NCBI GenBank assembly: GCA_951406725.2
Contig: OX597822.1
Coordinates: 44,392,001 to 44,456,000 of the forward strand
Source of the DNA: Octopus vulgaris
Lineage: Eukaryota
Direction of reading: 5' to 3'
DNA length: 64,000 nt
Program-made: the position numbers and the translations under genes
Part shown: one piece after another, positions 38,957 to 54,073 of the stretch
Position numbering within the stretch: the stretch's first letter is position 1
Layout of the letters: each line of letters opens with the position of its first letter
The notes under the pieces: generated by a model
Database searches by the model: none
Seen by the model: only the letters and a program-made list of their open reading frames with translations
Told to the model about the DNA's origin: nothing

Positions 38957-39095
38957 CTTCATTTATATGCATATGGATGTATGCTTAGATAGATATTGAC
39001 ATACAGACCGATAACTAAATCGATAAATGGAGAGATGGATAGATAGATAGACAGACAGTAGGCAGGTAGGCAGACAGACAGACAGACAGACAAAC

Positions 39096-39256
<161 letters not shown>

Positions 39257-39673
39257 CGGGATTTTTCAGAAGGCTGCAGTATCGTCACATTAAAGAGACG
39301 TGTTTCGGAGTGAATAAGTAAAAAACCAACTGCTATACATGGGTACACACATGCGCTAACATAGTCATACAGGTGTATGAGCTCGCGGATTTCCGTAGCT
39401 ACAACTATTCATGCATTCGCTAAAAGTTAACCGGTGTATATTGGTTTATTTTATGGCAAATAAGAACAACAGCGCTGTAAAGTGATTGCGTCCAAACAAA
39501 GCCGGTGTTTAGCAATGTTTATGGCTTATATCTCAGAATTTTATGAGTTCGATGTTTGTAAATACGAGCTTTCTCCACATAACAGCGGTATTGTCATACG
39601 TTCTCGAACAAATTCATCTCCTATTCCTGTCACTCTTTCTTTCTTTCTTCCGTTCATATATATATATATATAT

Positions 39674-39742
<69 letters not shown>

Positions 39743-39795
39743 TAGATGATAGATAGATAAATAGATAGTAGATAGATACAGATACATACATATAC

Positions 39796-39864
<69 letters not shown>

Positions 39865-39885
39865 TATGTGTGTGCGTGTGTAAGA

Positions 39886-39922
<37 letters not shown>

Positions 39923-40025
39923 CCAAATCGATATCATACATATAACGTATCTATTATATACATTATAAAAACACACACAGAGGCACACGAGCACACTCAT
40001 AAACATATATATACATATATATATA

Positions 40026-40070
<45 letters not shown>

Positions 40071-40699
40071 GAGAGTGTGTGTGTGTGCGTGTATGTGTGT
40101 GTGTGTGTGCGTGTGTATTTATATGTGTAGTCATGTAAAATTTCTTAGCGATATTCCTTCTTCATCGAGTTAAAGACACTTCATTCAGTTTCGCCATTAT
40201 AAACATGGTCGTAGAGGTTTTGTTCCGACATCAACCTATAGCTAACGACGTTTCACCACAGCAGCTGCATGATAAACAAATCAAGCAACACAACATCCGC
40301 AATATACGCGATAATATTCATTTAGAAGTGTTTAAATATGAGTTCTTATAAAATTTTGTAGGTCAATCATCGATATTAGTGCTTAAAGCCTTGTGGGAAG
40401 ATCAACAAATAATACACTCACACGCACACACGTAAACGCAGACTCACATAGCGCCTGTATATATGTATGTGTATATGTATGTGCGTATGTGTGTATGTGT
40501 GTGTATATGTATGCGTCTATACATCTATATACCGTTGAGGCCGCCCGATGGCCCAGTGTTTAGGGCAGCGGAATCGCGGTTTCGATACCCAGACAGGTTG
40601 TTGTGAGTGGTTATTGAGCGAAAAGACCTAAAGCTCCACGATGCTCCGGTGTGGGGGGGGGGCGAACACTGCCGTATGTGTGTGTGTGCGTATGTATAC

Positions 40700-40732
<33 letters not shown>

Positions 40733-40944
40733 ACGGAGTTCCTTATGTTTCCGTCTACCAAATCCACCCACAAGTTTTGGGGCAGCCCTAGGCTATAGTA
40801 CAAGACAATTACCCAAGTACTGCGCAGTGGAAATGAACCTGAAACCATGTGGCTGAGCAGCAAAGCTCTTACCACATAGCCAAACTTACATCTATGTATA
40901 TACAATATATAAATATATGTGTATGCGTATATGAATATAAGCAA

Positions 40945-41342
40945 TTATGTGGCTGTGTGGTAAAAGGCTTGCTTACCAGCCACATGGTTCCAGGTTCAGT
41001 TCCCACTGCGTGGGATCTTGGGCAAGGTGTGTTATAGTATAAGCACGAGGCGACCATAGCCTTCTTAGTAGACGGAGTCCTAAAAGAAGCCCGTCGTATA
41101 TATATATATATATATAAATATATACATATCTGTGTGTGTCTGTGCGTGCGTGTGTGTGTATGTGTTTATGTTTGTGTGTCTGTGTTTTATCACCCACCGC
41201 TGTTGTGTTTACGTCCCCGTAACTTAGCAGTTCGGCAAAACCGATAGCATAAGTACTAGGCTTACAAAGAATAAGTCCTGGGGTCGATGTGTACCACTAA
41301 AGGCGATGCTCCAGCATGGTCGCAGTCAAATGACTGAAAGAA
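40945..41342 (+). mobile_element. SINE family C (an inverted partial copy lies at ~40730-40880)
   Basis: gtggctgtgtggtaaaaggcttgcttaccagccacatggttccaggttcagtccc...cagcatggtcgcagtcaaatgactgaaa. Confidence 0.8.
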
Positions 41343-41791
41343 ATTTAAAAATATGTAAGCGTATACATACGCGCACACCTGTGCAAATATGTACATGTGC
41401 GTGCACATACATAGTGACAGGCACACGTACATGCATACATAAATAAAGGCATATATACATACATACAAAAATATAGTCAGAAATACATACGGTCGTTTCT
41501 TGGCCAACAAATCATAAATTTCTGATTAGTGTCAGATAAATTGAAATTTGGTGCATATTAATTATGAAGTATGTACTTTTTAAAATTAATTCTATTGAGA
41601 TACATTCATACCCAATCACACATACACATACACAAACGCACGCAATCACACACACACATGTAGACATCGAAATATTTGTATGTACACATATGTTATATGC
41701 TTCTATAAGTGAATGGGTGTCTATATAAGTGTGTATGTGTGCGTCTAAGAGTACATATATTTGCAAGGGGAATCATGAATTTAAAAACTGA

Positions 41792-41887
<96 letters not shown>

Positions 41888-41967
41888 ATACTTGCATACA
41901 TACACACATAAATACATACATTATATCCATATATGCATATCATGTTTATCAATTTATACGTAAATGC

Positions 41968-42010
<43 letters not shown>

Positions 42011-42370
42011 ATGTATATATCATACATATATATGTGAGAGTTTGTCTGTGTGTGTGTGCATGTGTGTCTCTGTGTGTGTGTGCATGTGTGTATGTGTGCA
42101 TGTGAGTGTGGGGGTGCATGCGATGGAAATAGAATCTGATATGCGTAATTAGCAAGTTACTCTAAGCTGATTGGAAGAAAGATGAAATGCGGAATGTAAA
42201 CGGCATTGAAAAACAAACCACGAGAGCGGAAACGAAAGTGAGAGCGAAAGGGAAATAGTTATGAGTGAGTGAAAAAAAGAGAGGTAAAGAGAGTTAAATG
42301 AATGATGTAGACAAAAGACAATCAGATGGAAAACAAGTCACATCAACGATAGATAGGCATATGCATATAC

Positions 42371-42428
<58 letters not shown>

Positions 42429-42431
42429 CTA

Positions 42432-42543
<112 letters not shown>

Positions 42544-42576
42544 ATGTATATGTGTATGTATATGTATATGTATATG

Positions 42577-42620
<44 letters not shown>

Positions 42621-42623
<3 letters not shown>

Positions 42624-42740
42624 GGTGCGATGGTTATATTGTGGACATTTCATATTTTTTATTTTGCGCATGCGCATTGTTTGGTTTTCATTTGGTCGAC
42701 TTCACGGTATAGTAAGGTCAGTTGGGCAATTTCTGTGAGA
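42621..42740 (+). mobile_element. Possible solo Tc1/mariner end
   Basis: TA|cagggtgcgatggttatattgtggac at the edge of (TA)n; no partner TIR seen. Confidence 0.35.
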
Positions 42741-42854
42741 ATATTTTGTAAACACGTATTTTGTATTCAGACACTTGCGTCTGGCGTTGAAAAACACGTA
42801 ATATCTGGGGGTTTTTCCTTTTTATCTCGAAGTTTCCTTAAGAAAGAAAGCAAT

Positions 42855-43814
42855 GTAATGTATTATAACTCTATTTTATGCTCCTGAGAATTAAATTCTA
42901 TTACAGTTGATCTCTAAAAGTCCCCTTCAAACTCAACACCTTCCTGTCGTCGATTACACAGTAAATATCATATGAGCGTTCGTTCGTACCACAAACAAAA
43001 CACAGAGACACTGACCTTAATGAGATACCAGTGGTTCCCTCATATTTCTGCTCTTTTTCTCTTATTTCTTTTGTCCATGATCCAAATTCAGCTGGTTTAG
43101 TGACTGTTTATGGTCTTGGTGTGGAGGCGCAATGGCCCAGTGGTTAGGGCAGCGGACTCACAGTCGTAGGATCGTAATGTATTATAACTCTATTTTATGC
43201 TCCTGAGAATTAAATTCTATTACAGTTGATCTCTAAAAGTCCCCTTCAAACTCAACACCTTCCTGTCGTCGATTACACAGTAAATATCATATGAGCGTTC
43301 GTTCGTACCACAAACAAAACACAGAGACACTGACCTTAATGAGATACCAGTGGTTCCCTCATATTTCTGCTCTTTTTCTCTTATTTCTCTTGTCCATGAT
43401 CCAAATTCAGCTGGTTTAGTGACTGTTTATGGTCTTGGTGTGGAGGCGCAATGGCCCAGTGGTTAGGGCAGCGGACTCACAGTCGTAGGATCGTAATGTA
43501 TTATAACTCTATTTTATGCTCCTGAGAATTAAATTCTATTACAGTTGATCTCTAAAAGTCCCCTTCAAACTCAACACCTTCCTGTCGTCGATTACACAGT
43601 AAATATCATATGAGCGTTCGTTCGTACCACAAACAAAACACAGAGATACTGACCTTAATGAGATACCAGTGGTTCCCTCATATTTCTGCTCTTTTTCTCT
43701 TATTTCTCTTGTCCATGATCCAAATTCAGCTGGTTTAGTGACTGTTTATGGTCTTGGTGTGGAGGCGCAATGGCCCAGTGGTTAGGGCAGCGGACTCACA
43801 GTCGTAGGATCGTA
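42855..43814 (+). repeat. Three near-identical tandem 319-bp units ending inside a SINE head
   Basis: Units start at 42855, 43174 and 43493. Each ends ggaggcgcaatggcccagtgg...gtcgtaggatc(gta); only the third continues into a full SINE. Confidence 0.95.
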
Positions 43815-44110
43815 GTTTCGATTCCCAGACAGGGTGTTGTGAGAGTTTATTGAGGGAAAACACCTAAACTTCCACGAGGCTCAGGCAGGGGGTGGTGTTG
43901 AACCCTGTTATGCTCTTTCGCTACAACATTCTCTCACTCTTTTTTGCTGTTTCTGTTGTACCTGTATTTCGAAGTTGCCAGCCTTGTCACACTGAATCTC
44001 CCCGACAACTACGTTCAGGGTACGCGTGTCTGTGGAGTGCTCAGCCACTGGCGCGTTAATTTCAAGAGCAGGCTCTTCCGTTGATCGGATCAAATGGAAC
44101 ATCGTGCTTG
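43760..44110 (+). mobile_element. SINE family A copy with a third tail type
   Basis: tRNA-Arg head. The tail ...ctcagccact...gttaatttcaagagcaggct...gttgatcggatca is shared in reverse with ~32305-32450. Confidence 0.8.
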
Positions 44111-44134
44111 TATAGATACTGTCATACATATGCT

Positions 44135-44332
44135 TTTCTACTCAATGCACAAGGCCAGAAATTTTGGAGAACAGGGCCAGTCGATTAGATCGACCCCAAT
44201 ATGCAACTGATGCTTAATTTATCGATACTCCGAAAGGATGAAAGGTAAAGTCGGCCTCGGCGGAAGTTGAACTCGGAACGTAGTGACGGACGAAATACCG
44301 CTAAGCATTTCGCCCGGCGTGCTAACGTTTCT
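44135..44332 (-). mobile_element. SINE family B single unit
   Basis: gaaaggatgaaaggtaaagtcggcctcggcggaagttgaactcggaacg...gaaataccgctaagcatttcgcccggcgtgctaacgtttctg. Confidence 0.8.
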
Positions 44333-44559
44333 GATCTTATAACGTCATACACATTGTAACTGTTATACAACCATATATACACTCATATATATGTGTATCC
44401 GAAGGCACTGTCTACACTCAACTATACAAAAGTGTAATATATCTATCTATCTCTTCATTTCTCACACTCTGTCTTTCTATGTACACACACATAGGTAAAT
44501 AGATACACTGGTAGACAGATAGTCAAACAAAGAGATAGATAGGTATGTATAAATGTGTG

Positions 44560-44605
<46 letters not shown>

Positions 44606-44609
<4 letters not shown>

Positions 44610-44802
44610 GGAAGAATTCACAAAAAAAACCCCCAAAGACGAAGACAGGTGTTGTAGACAATAAACATGTATTATTATAACGCTCGTGAAGTGAAAAAGT
44701 CTTTAACGTTTCGAGCCTACGCTCTTCCACAGAAAGGAACACAGAAAGAAACAAAGAGAAAAAATAAAGAATCTGTAGTGGCTAGCGATCTATCATGGCG
44801 AA
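44606..44802 (-). mobile_element. Short TA-embedded element with HHR-like motif (44701-44736)
   Basis: The minus strand reads cttt-CTGTGGA-a-gagc gtag gctc-GAAA-cg-TT-aaag. Homolog at 49082-49256. Confidence 0.6.
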
Positions 44803-45607
44803 TATATACATATGTGTGTGTATGTGTGTGTGTGTGCATATGTATATGCACACATCCGTATTCATTTGCATACGCCTGCACATGAGCGCACATGAAAGCC
44901 GCCATATAAATATTCGTAGGAAGGCGAAGAGAAACAAATTAGCTCGAGGAACGTTTACTTAAGTTGTTAGGCTGTCGATGTATGTGTTCTAGTGCACACA
45001 CTTCTAAATTCCCTTAGAACCAGCTGTATGTATTTCTAATGTGCTTCTGGCCCTGTAACCAGCTGTCGGAATGTCATTTCGTCTTTGTCTCTTTCTTCCT
45101 ATTTAATCGTATTTGCTACAGAAATATGAAAATAAGACAAGATGTCAAATCGAGCCTTGAATGATTTCAGAGAATTATTGTTGTTGTTGGTGTTGTTGTT
45201 GTTGTTGTTAGTGTTGTTCCACTCTATATGTGTCTGCAAAGTGCAAATATGTATGTATGTATGCATGCATGTGCGTTTCAGTATGTATGCACACACACAC
45301 ACACATATATATATATAAATGCATACATACATATATATATATATATGGATATATATTTATATATAGATATAAATATATACACATACATATACACATACAC
45401 ATGTACATACACATACACATTCATATATGTATATATATCTATCTTTATATGTATATATAAGCATACATATATAAATATAGATTATATATATATGTATATA
45501 TATTATATACATATATATATATACATATCTATTTATATATGCACATACATACATAAATATAGATTATATATATGTATATATATTATATATCTATAAGTAT
45601 ATATATA

Positions 45608-45676
<69 letters not shown>

Positions 45677-45812
45677 GTGTGTGTGTATACATATATATAT
45701 ATACAAGCATATACATTTATGCTTGTATATACTATATGATACATTATATACAATATGTTTTTATATGTTATATATACATATATGATACGTAATACAATAT
45801 CCTGAACATCTG

Positions 45813-45878
<66 letters not shown>

Positions 45879-46603
45879 GTAGATAGATCGATAGATACAT
45901 ACATACATAGATACATACATACATACATACATACATACATACATGCATACGTACATATGAATACGGTCTCTCGCGCACAAACACATATATACAAAGACAC
46001 ACAAACACACATATAAACATGAGACCACACACCGGCACCCGGACACACCTTCATAAAGAAATGATTTGTGTCACGTGGTTGAGCTTGTGCTGAAGCTCAC
46101 CCCGCCTTCAACATTTACGCTGAAATAACATTGTTGATAGTTCTACGATGTGGCAGGTCATTCCACCCCACATCCCTACCCACCCGACCTTTTCTTTCCC
46201 ACCCAGCCACCCACCTCCGTTTCCATTCATCTTCCACTCCAGACACTCAAGGTTAACCTTTCGAACACTAATCAATGAATGTTGCTGCAGCTTAATGATC
46301 TGTAAAAATACTACATCGTATAGTAAAAAAAAAAAACTGAAAATAAAAACAGGGTCACGCCTCGATGATTCTAGCAAGCAGATATCGAAGAATATCTTTC
46401 GTAAGCCTCTGTTGAGAACTTCAGCGACCTCTACGACAAAGACATCAATATATTCACCACCACCAACACCACCATCACCACCAACAACACCAACAAAATT
46501 GCTATACATATATATATGTATGCATATATATTATAAACATATATATATATATATATACATATATTTATATATAAACACACACACACACATATATATATGT
46601 TTA

Positions 46604-46650
<47 letters not shown>

Positions 46651-46783
46651 ATATATATATTTATATAAAACATATATATTTATATATAAACATACATATA
46701 TATATATAAACATATATATATTTATATATAAACATATATATATTTATATATAAACATACATATATATATATATGTGTGTGTGT

Positions 46784-46841
<58 letters not shown>

Positions 46842-47279
46842 CACAACGTTGATACGAACAAGAGAAAGTATAATAACCGCGTTAATAAGAATCTAACCGG
46901 AAAATCAACCAAAAGAAACTAAGCATGGAAACAACATTAACAAGAACAGCATCAATATGGACATTGGCAAGAACAAGAAAATTAATAAGAATAGCTATTA
47001 AATGAACCGAAAGAATTATTATCCAGTTTAATAACAATATTAACGACATCATTAAGGATGTTAGTTAAATAATGACTAAACAAATTAGTAGTAATGACAA
47101 CACCGACAATATAATCGATGATAACAACGGCAATAACAACAACAACAACAACAACAACAACTAATACAGCAGCAACAGGAAAATAAATAAGAAAAAGTAA
47201 AACAAAAAGAAAAAAAAATCAAACATCAAACATACAAACAACGATAAAACAACACGAGTAATATTTACATTAACACTTA

Positions 47280-47659
47280 TAAAGACGACGACGACAACGA
47301 CAACGACGACCGTGATGATGATGATGATGACGATGACGACGACGAAGATAATGATGATGATGATGATGATCACGATGATGATGATGATGATGATGATGAC
47401 GATGACGACGACGATGATGATGATGATGATGATGATGACGATGGTGATGATAATGATGATGATGATGACGATGACGACGACGACGACGACGGTGATAATG
47501 ATGTTGATGACGACGACGACGACTACGACGATGATGGTGATGATGGTAATGATGAAGACGACGTCAACGACGACACTAATGATAACGACGACGGCGATGG
47601 TGATAATGATGATTATGATGATGGTGATGATGGTGATGATGATTATAATGATGGTGAGG

Positions 47660-47749
<90 letters not shown>

Positions 47750-47801
47750 TTGATGATGATGATGATAACGACGATGGCGATGGTGATGATGATGGTGATG
47801 T

Positions 47802-47835
<34 letters not shown>
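47280..47835. repeat. Degenerate (GAT)/(GAC)n microsatellite
   Basis: Direct reading. Confidence 0.95.
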
Positions 47836-47836
<1 letters not shown>

Positions 47837-48010
47837 GAGCGTGCCAAGCTCTCTTAAAAACCAATTCTCAACGGAGTGGAACTGGCACACTTTGGGCAAA
47901 CATATAGCTTTTGGTCATGTGACCGTTGTGACAATGACTCATTCCTTCTCTGGTGTTTCTCATCCACCGGAGTTGCTCTCGCTTCCTCAAAATTACTAAC
48001 CTTAATATGG
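47836..48010 (-). pseudogene. RTE-like LINE C-terminal zinc-finger fragment
   Basis: FEEARATPVDEKHQRR...YVCPKCASSTPLRIGF matches the RTE ORF end (FExxR...EKRxRRK...CxxC...RIGL), running into (CAT)n. Confidence 0.55.
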
Positions 48011-48236
48011 ACGATGTTAACAGCATTTCCAGCAATAACAACAAAACCAACAAAAAGCAACTTTAACTTTTAGTTGCTTCAGTAATTGGACTGCGGCCAT
48101 GCTGGGGTACAGTCTTTATCAAATCGACCACAACACTTGTATTTTTAAGCCGAGTACTTATTTCGAAACGCTAAATGAGAGGGACGTAAAGAAGCCAACA
48201 TCGGTTGTCAAGTGATTGGGCTTGGACAAACACAAA

Positions 48237-48586
48237 TCTTTATATATAAAAGAAAGGTTGTGTGTCTGTCTACTCCGATTTAGATTCCTAACTACATCCA
48301 CATTTTGCGGTGCAGTTTATAGTCGTGATTCATATCGAGCCCTTCTTGGTATTAGCTCGCGTCTACGATGAGTCTACGATTTTCCATTTCAATGCATATT
48401 TTTTTTAATATAAGGGAAGTAACTCTCTAAAAATGTCTACGATGAGTCAACGATTTAAAAAAAAATTTACCATAATTTTTTTTTCATTTTTAATGCATTT
48501 TTTGCTATTTTTTGGCTATAACTCTCTAAAAATGATTTATAGTTATTTCCCTTACAAACCCGAGCAACGCCGGGCGATACTGTTAG
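48237..48586 (+). mobile_element. Non-autonomous Helitron nested in a family C SINE
   Basis: A|TCtttatatataaaagaaagg ... cccgagcaacgccgggcgatactgTTAG|T. SINE C halves lie at ~48070-48236 and ~48600-48750. Confidence 0.9.
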
Positions 48587-49081
48587 TATATATATAAAAA
48601 TACATGTAGGACTTCTTTTCAGTTTCCGTAGGATTTCTTTTCAGCTTCCATAGGACTTCTTTTCAGGATTTGGACGGCACATGACTAAAACGCACCTACC
48701 CAACTTGCCTGTACAGTGGGATTGAACTCGATACCGCATGGTTGGGAATCTAGCGAAAATCTTAAGTCAAAAGCTCATGGAATTTAATTAAATATTAGAA
48801 TATCAACTATGCATGGGGATGCCCTTTCACAGACCAAGTCGAAGAGCGTGTTTGCCATATTGAGATTCACGAGCTACGTTGAGCTCCTACTGCAAGCGAA
48901 GTAGCCGAAATGATCAAAAGACTTGGAGCGAAAATGCAAATACAATAAGCCAGAGCTTTCGGACGGGGTGGATTACAAAATGCAGAAGTAACAATTTTAA
49001 TTTCCTTCCCGCGTCAAGATCAGGACATTGATCTCGAATAAGATGGCGTATGAAAGTATATACATACATAGTTGCAGTTTA

Positions 49082-49256
49082 TAGACGAAGACAGGTGTAT
49101 GAAAAACAAGAGGGTGTAATAGTTTGATACTTGGGAAAAAAGGAAAAGTATTTTACGTTTCGAGCCTACGCTCTTCAACATAAAAGAATAAGAGAAAATA
49201 AACAGGGTGAGAATGACAAAAGAAAACTAGTAGATTTAGCGGTTAAGCATGGCGAA
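49082..49256 (-). mobile_element. Second copy of the short HHR-like element (motif 49151-49185)
   Basis: The minus strand reads tttt-ATGTTGA-a-gagc gtag gctc-GAAA-cg-TA-aaa. Shares agacgaagacaggtg and catggcgaa with 44606-44802. Confidence 0.55.
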
Positions 49257-49257
49257 T

Positions 49258-49290
<33 letters not shown>

Positions 49291-49389
49291 TATCATATAA
49301 ATAAATGAATATATATATAAATAATATATATATATGTAAGTATATATACATACATCTATACGTGTATATATATATATATATACATATGC

Positions 49390-49444
<55 letters not shown>

Positions 49445-49841
49445 TGTATCTATGTATGTACGTATATGCATATGTGTGCGCAGGACGTCATGAAACGCGT
49501 ACAACAAAAAGTACGAAGCAAGAGTACAGGGAACATGAACTATTCATTGGAAAAATGAAAGACACAAATACAAAACAAAACAAACAACTTAGAGAACGAC
49601 GCTTCACAGATGTTGGGTATTTTTCTAGTCTCGTATTTCGAGCATTTAACAACAATATACGCTTTCGATAAAACAGTTGCTCCAGCAAAGCAAAGAAAAA
49701 TATATACATGCATATATGGGTACACGATATCACCAACGGTGCAAATAATAGGAAATACCTAAACAACGAGAAAAATTGGAAAACAGGACAGTTAAACACA
49801 GAGAACGGACCCGCCATCTATTTTCGGCTGTTTGTATACTC

Positions 49842-49904
<63 letters not shown>

Positions 49905-50013
49905 CGATAATTGCAGCGAATTTGTCTTCAGGAGTTGAATTATCTCACAAATATGTATTAACCATAGTCCATGCTTAAATACTGCATGGCGCTGATACTA
50001 CTCTGTTTCTTCC

Positions 50014-50053
<40 letters not shown>

Positions 50054-50333
50054 GGAGAGAGATACATACATACATACATACAGTTTTTCTCTGCCCATTG
50101 TCTTCCTGGGCGGATGGAGAGCGTAGAGATTTTAGGCATCGCCTCTGCAGTGTCTTACCAGAAGCAACGGTCGTTTGATTTTTCGGTCAGATTCCCAAGT
50201 ATGACCATTTGAGACCATGGGTATTAGCCTTACCAACTCGTTCTTGTCTTACGTTGAGTCTCCTACCACTCGGCTCGGCTTGAGGAATCTATTTTACCGC
50301 ACATTTTGACATTCTGATCACATATCTGACGCA

Positions 50334-50380
<47 letters not shown>

Positions 50381-50469
50381 ATATATATACTGCATATATA
50401 TGTATGTGTACGTATATAATGCATATATATGTATCTATACGTTCGTATATGTAAGTATTCGTATGTTGC

Positions 50470-50535
<66 letters not shown>

Positions 50536-50866
50536 ATTTACGTGCTATCTGAGTATATTCCACTGATTAAGGCAGGGAATATCTTATGCAGAGTCAGAAA
50601 TCCGGGATCTGGAATTATCCAGTAATTTTTTGCTAGTTTATATTGTCTCTTTGTCTTCTCTCATTGTAATGTATGAAAAATTAGTCTGGATTTAGAGTCA
50701 AGTTTTGGCTGCTATTCCAAGCATGGTGGTATCTCTTAGATACCCTTAATTATAATATATATATATGCATATACATGCTAAAATCACGTCCATAGAAAAT
50801 AGCAAATAGAAAACCGCAAATACATATACATACTTACTTACATACATACATACATATACACATAAT

Positions 50867-50923
<57 letters not shown>

Positions 50924-51378
50924 GCATTCATATATGCATTCAGTGACGCTGATTTTGCTGTTGCTGTATGAAGTAATATTATTTTTATGTTTCCATACTT
51001 CCGGTAAGAATAATATTTAGATCTACCACGTATATATTCCATATATTTTCTGTCACCGGAAGCAGCTAGCTGTTATTCGTGTCGCTGAACTTGATGTTGT
51101 TGTAGTTATGGCTGATAAAATAATACGATACTGCTAATGCATTCGTGGCTGGTGATGCTGATATGATGTTTGTTATGGTTGTTTTTAGTGTTATCGAAGT
51201 TGAATATGAAGATAGAGTCAGCGGTTGTGGTGTTTATAGAAAATTGCGTTTCTCAAGGAAATTTTTTTTATACAATTGAATTTTATCTCTTTTCAATCTC
51301 TACAAGCATATATGTATGTGCGTATGTATATATCTGAGTGTGTCTGTGTGTGTATGTATATATATATATATGTATATG

Positions 51379-51451
<73 letters not shown>

Positions 51452-51513
51452 ATATATATATATATACAGACATATATATATATATATACACATACATACA
51501 CAGACACACTCAG

Positions 51514-51552
<39 letters not shown>

Positions 51553-51681
51553 AACGCACATAAATTCATATAGGCCTATACATACGTATCAATACATGCA
51601 CAAACCCATTATAAATAGATACATACATACAGACATACATAATTTACATACATACATAGATCGACAGATGGATAGATAGAG

Positions 51682-51788
<107 letters not shown>

Positions 51789-52463
51789 AGATAGATAGAT
51801 GGGCAGATTGGATTGTGTGTTTATTTGTATGTCTCTGGGTGTGAGTAGAAATCTGCTTACATACAAGAATGTATGTATCGGACTTATTTGGCTTCTCCCT
51901 CCCTGTATATATATGTGAATGTGTGTGTGTAGGTATAAATGTATCTGGATACATGTACATAAAGATACGTGCGTGTGTGTGTCTGTGGGTGCATGTGTGT
52001 ATGTGTCCCTCGTGTACGTGTCCACGTGTGCACATGTGTGGGTGTGGCAAAGGCCTTCTGCATGTGCGTATCTGTACGTGCGCAACGAGTGCATGTGTCA
52101 GCCTGACCCGAGTATGGAATCGATATCGAAGAAAAGTTCAATTCCTAAAACCTGCGCATGTGCGCTCTACCAATGCACACACACATATATATATGTATGT
52201 ACATATATATATATATATATATATGTTTTGTATCTTTCAACTGTATTGAAGGATATGAAAGTGATTGATTTGAAATGAGCGAAATTGCGAATATCAGACG
52301 TACACAGAAACACCGGCGCACGCATTCATTCACACATGCGCACATGCTCGCACACAAGCTAAGGGAATTGAACAGGAGTATCACAAAGTAATGTCATAAA
52401 TTGGAACTAATATTAATGATGTTGATGTTGATGATGATGATGTTGAAATTATTATTATTATTA

Positions 52464-52516
<53 letters not shown>

Positions 52517-52703
52517 AATAATAATAATAATAAAAAAAATTTAAAAAATAATAATAATAATAATAATATGAGTGGCTTTGGATGAAGAGGTGAATGATAA
52601 TAATATCATGGATGAGAGAGTAAAAACTAAGGATATGAAATTTAATGTAAAGCCTAAATAAATATAAAAAAGAAACGATGAGACGATAATGTTGTTGGCG
52701 ATC

Positions 52704-52750
<47 letters not shown>

Positions 52751-52898
52751 GGTGGTGGTGCTGGAGGTGCTGGTGATGATGATAATCATGATGTTGATGA
52801 TGTGAACTTAACTCGAAAGAAAATTAATCAGTTTCGAATACGGCCTATATCTATCATTCGGCTAATAGTAACAATAATGATGTTAATTCCTCTCCTCC

Positions 52899-53297
52899 AA
52901 GGCAGCGAGCTGGGAGAATCGTTAGCATGCCGGGCGAAATGCGTAGCAGTATTTCGTCTGCCGCTACCTTCTGTGTTCAAATTTCGCCGTGGTCGACTTT
53001 GCTTTTCATCCTTTCGGAGTCGATTAAATAAGTACCAGTTACGCACTCGGGTTGATATAATCGACTTAATCCGTTTGTCTGTCCTTGTTTGTCCTCTCTG
53101 TTTAGCCCCTTGCGGGTAGTAAAGAAATAGTTATCTCCTCTGTCTTTACGTTCTGAGTCAAAATTCCGCCGAAGTCGACTTTGCCTATCATCCTTTCGGG
53201 GTCGATGAATTATGTACCTGTTGCGTACTGAGGTCGATCTAATCGACTGGCCCCGCCCCAAAAATTTCAGGCCTTATTCCTAGAGGAGAAAAGAATA
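52899..53297 (+). mobile_element. SINE family B, two-unit copy
   Basis: aaggcagcgagctgggagaatcgttagcatgccgggcgaaatgc... with two gtcgactttgc...tcatcctttcgg units. Confidence 0.85.
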
Positions 53298-53681
53298 TTC
53301 TTCCTCTCCTCCTCCTCTTCCCTCTTCGTCTTAATATTCCTCGCATTACCATTATTATTTTAATTCCATATACGCACAACAGACTAGACTGTTTGGAGAA
53401 CAAAATAGCTTTAGTTGCCAAGAACCTTCCTATGTATCCTAGTTGCTCCAAACAATATTGTCATGACAATGGCACTCTCTTTTTAATTTTGATTCTATAT
53501 CTTCTGGAAGAGTTACCTCAATCCTACATATTAACCAAAATGAAGTAGATCGACAAAATTATATTTTGAACCTGTTGAAGACACGCAAGAAGTCGAAATA
53601 TCGTTCACTAGATGACAATGGCACTCTTCTTTTAATTTTGACTCTGGAGGTTTATCTTCTGGAGGAATTACCTCAATCCTA

Positions 53682-54073
<392 letters not shown>

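Noticed and set aside
42855-43814. Regular repeats as a CRISPR-like array (also the 15-bp repeat at 27518)
   Set aside because: The units are contiguous with no unique spacers, and the context is eukaryotic with no cas genes.
48870-48950. PTASEVAEMIKRL, resembling a LINE pre-RT motif
   Set aside because: Too short and interrupted by stops to call.
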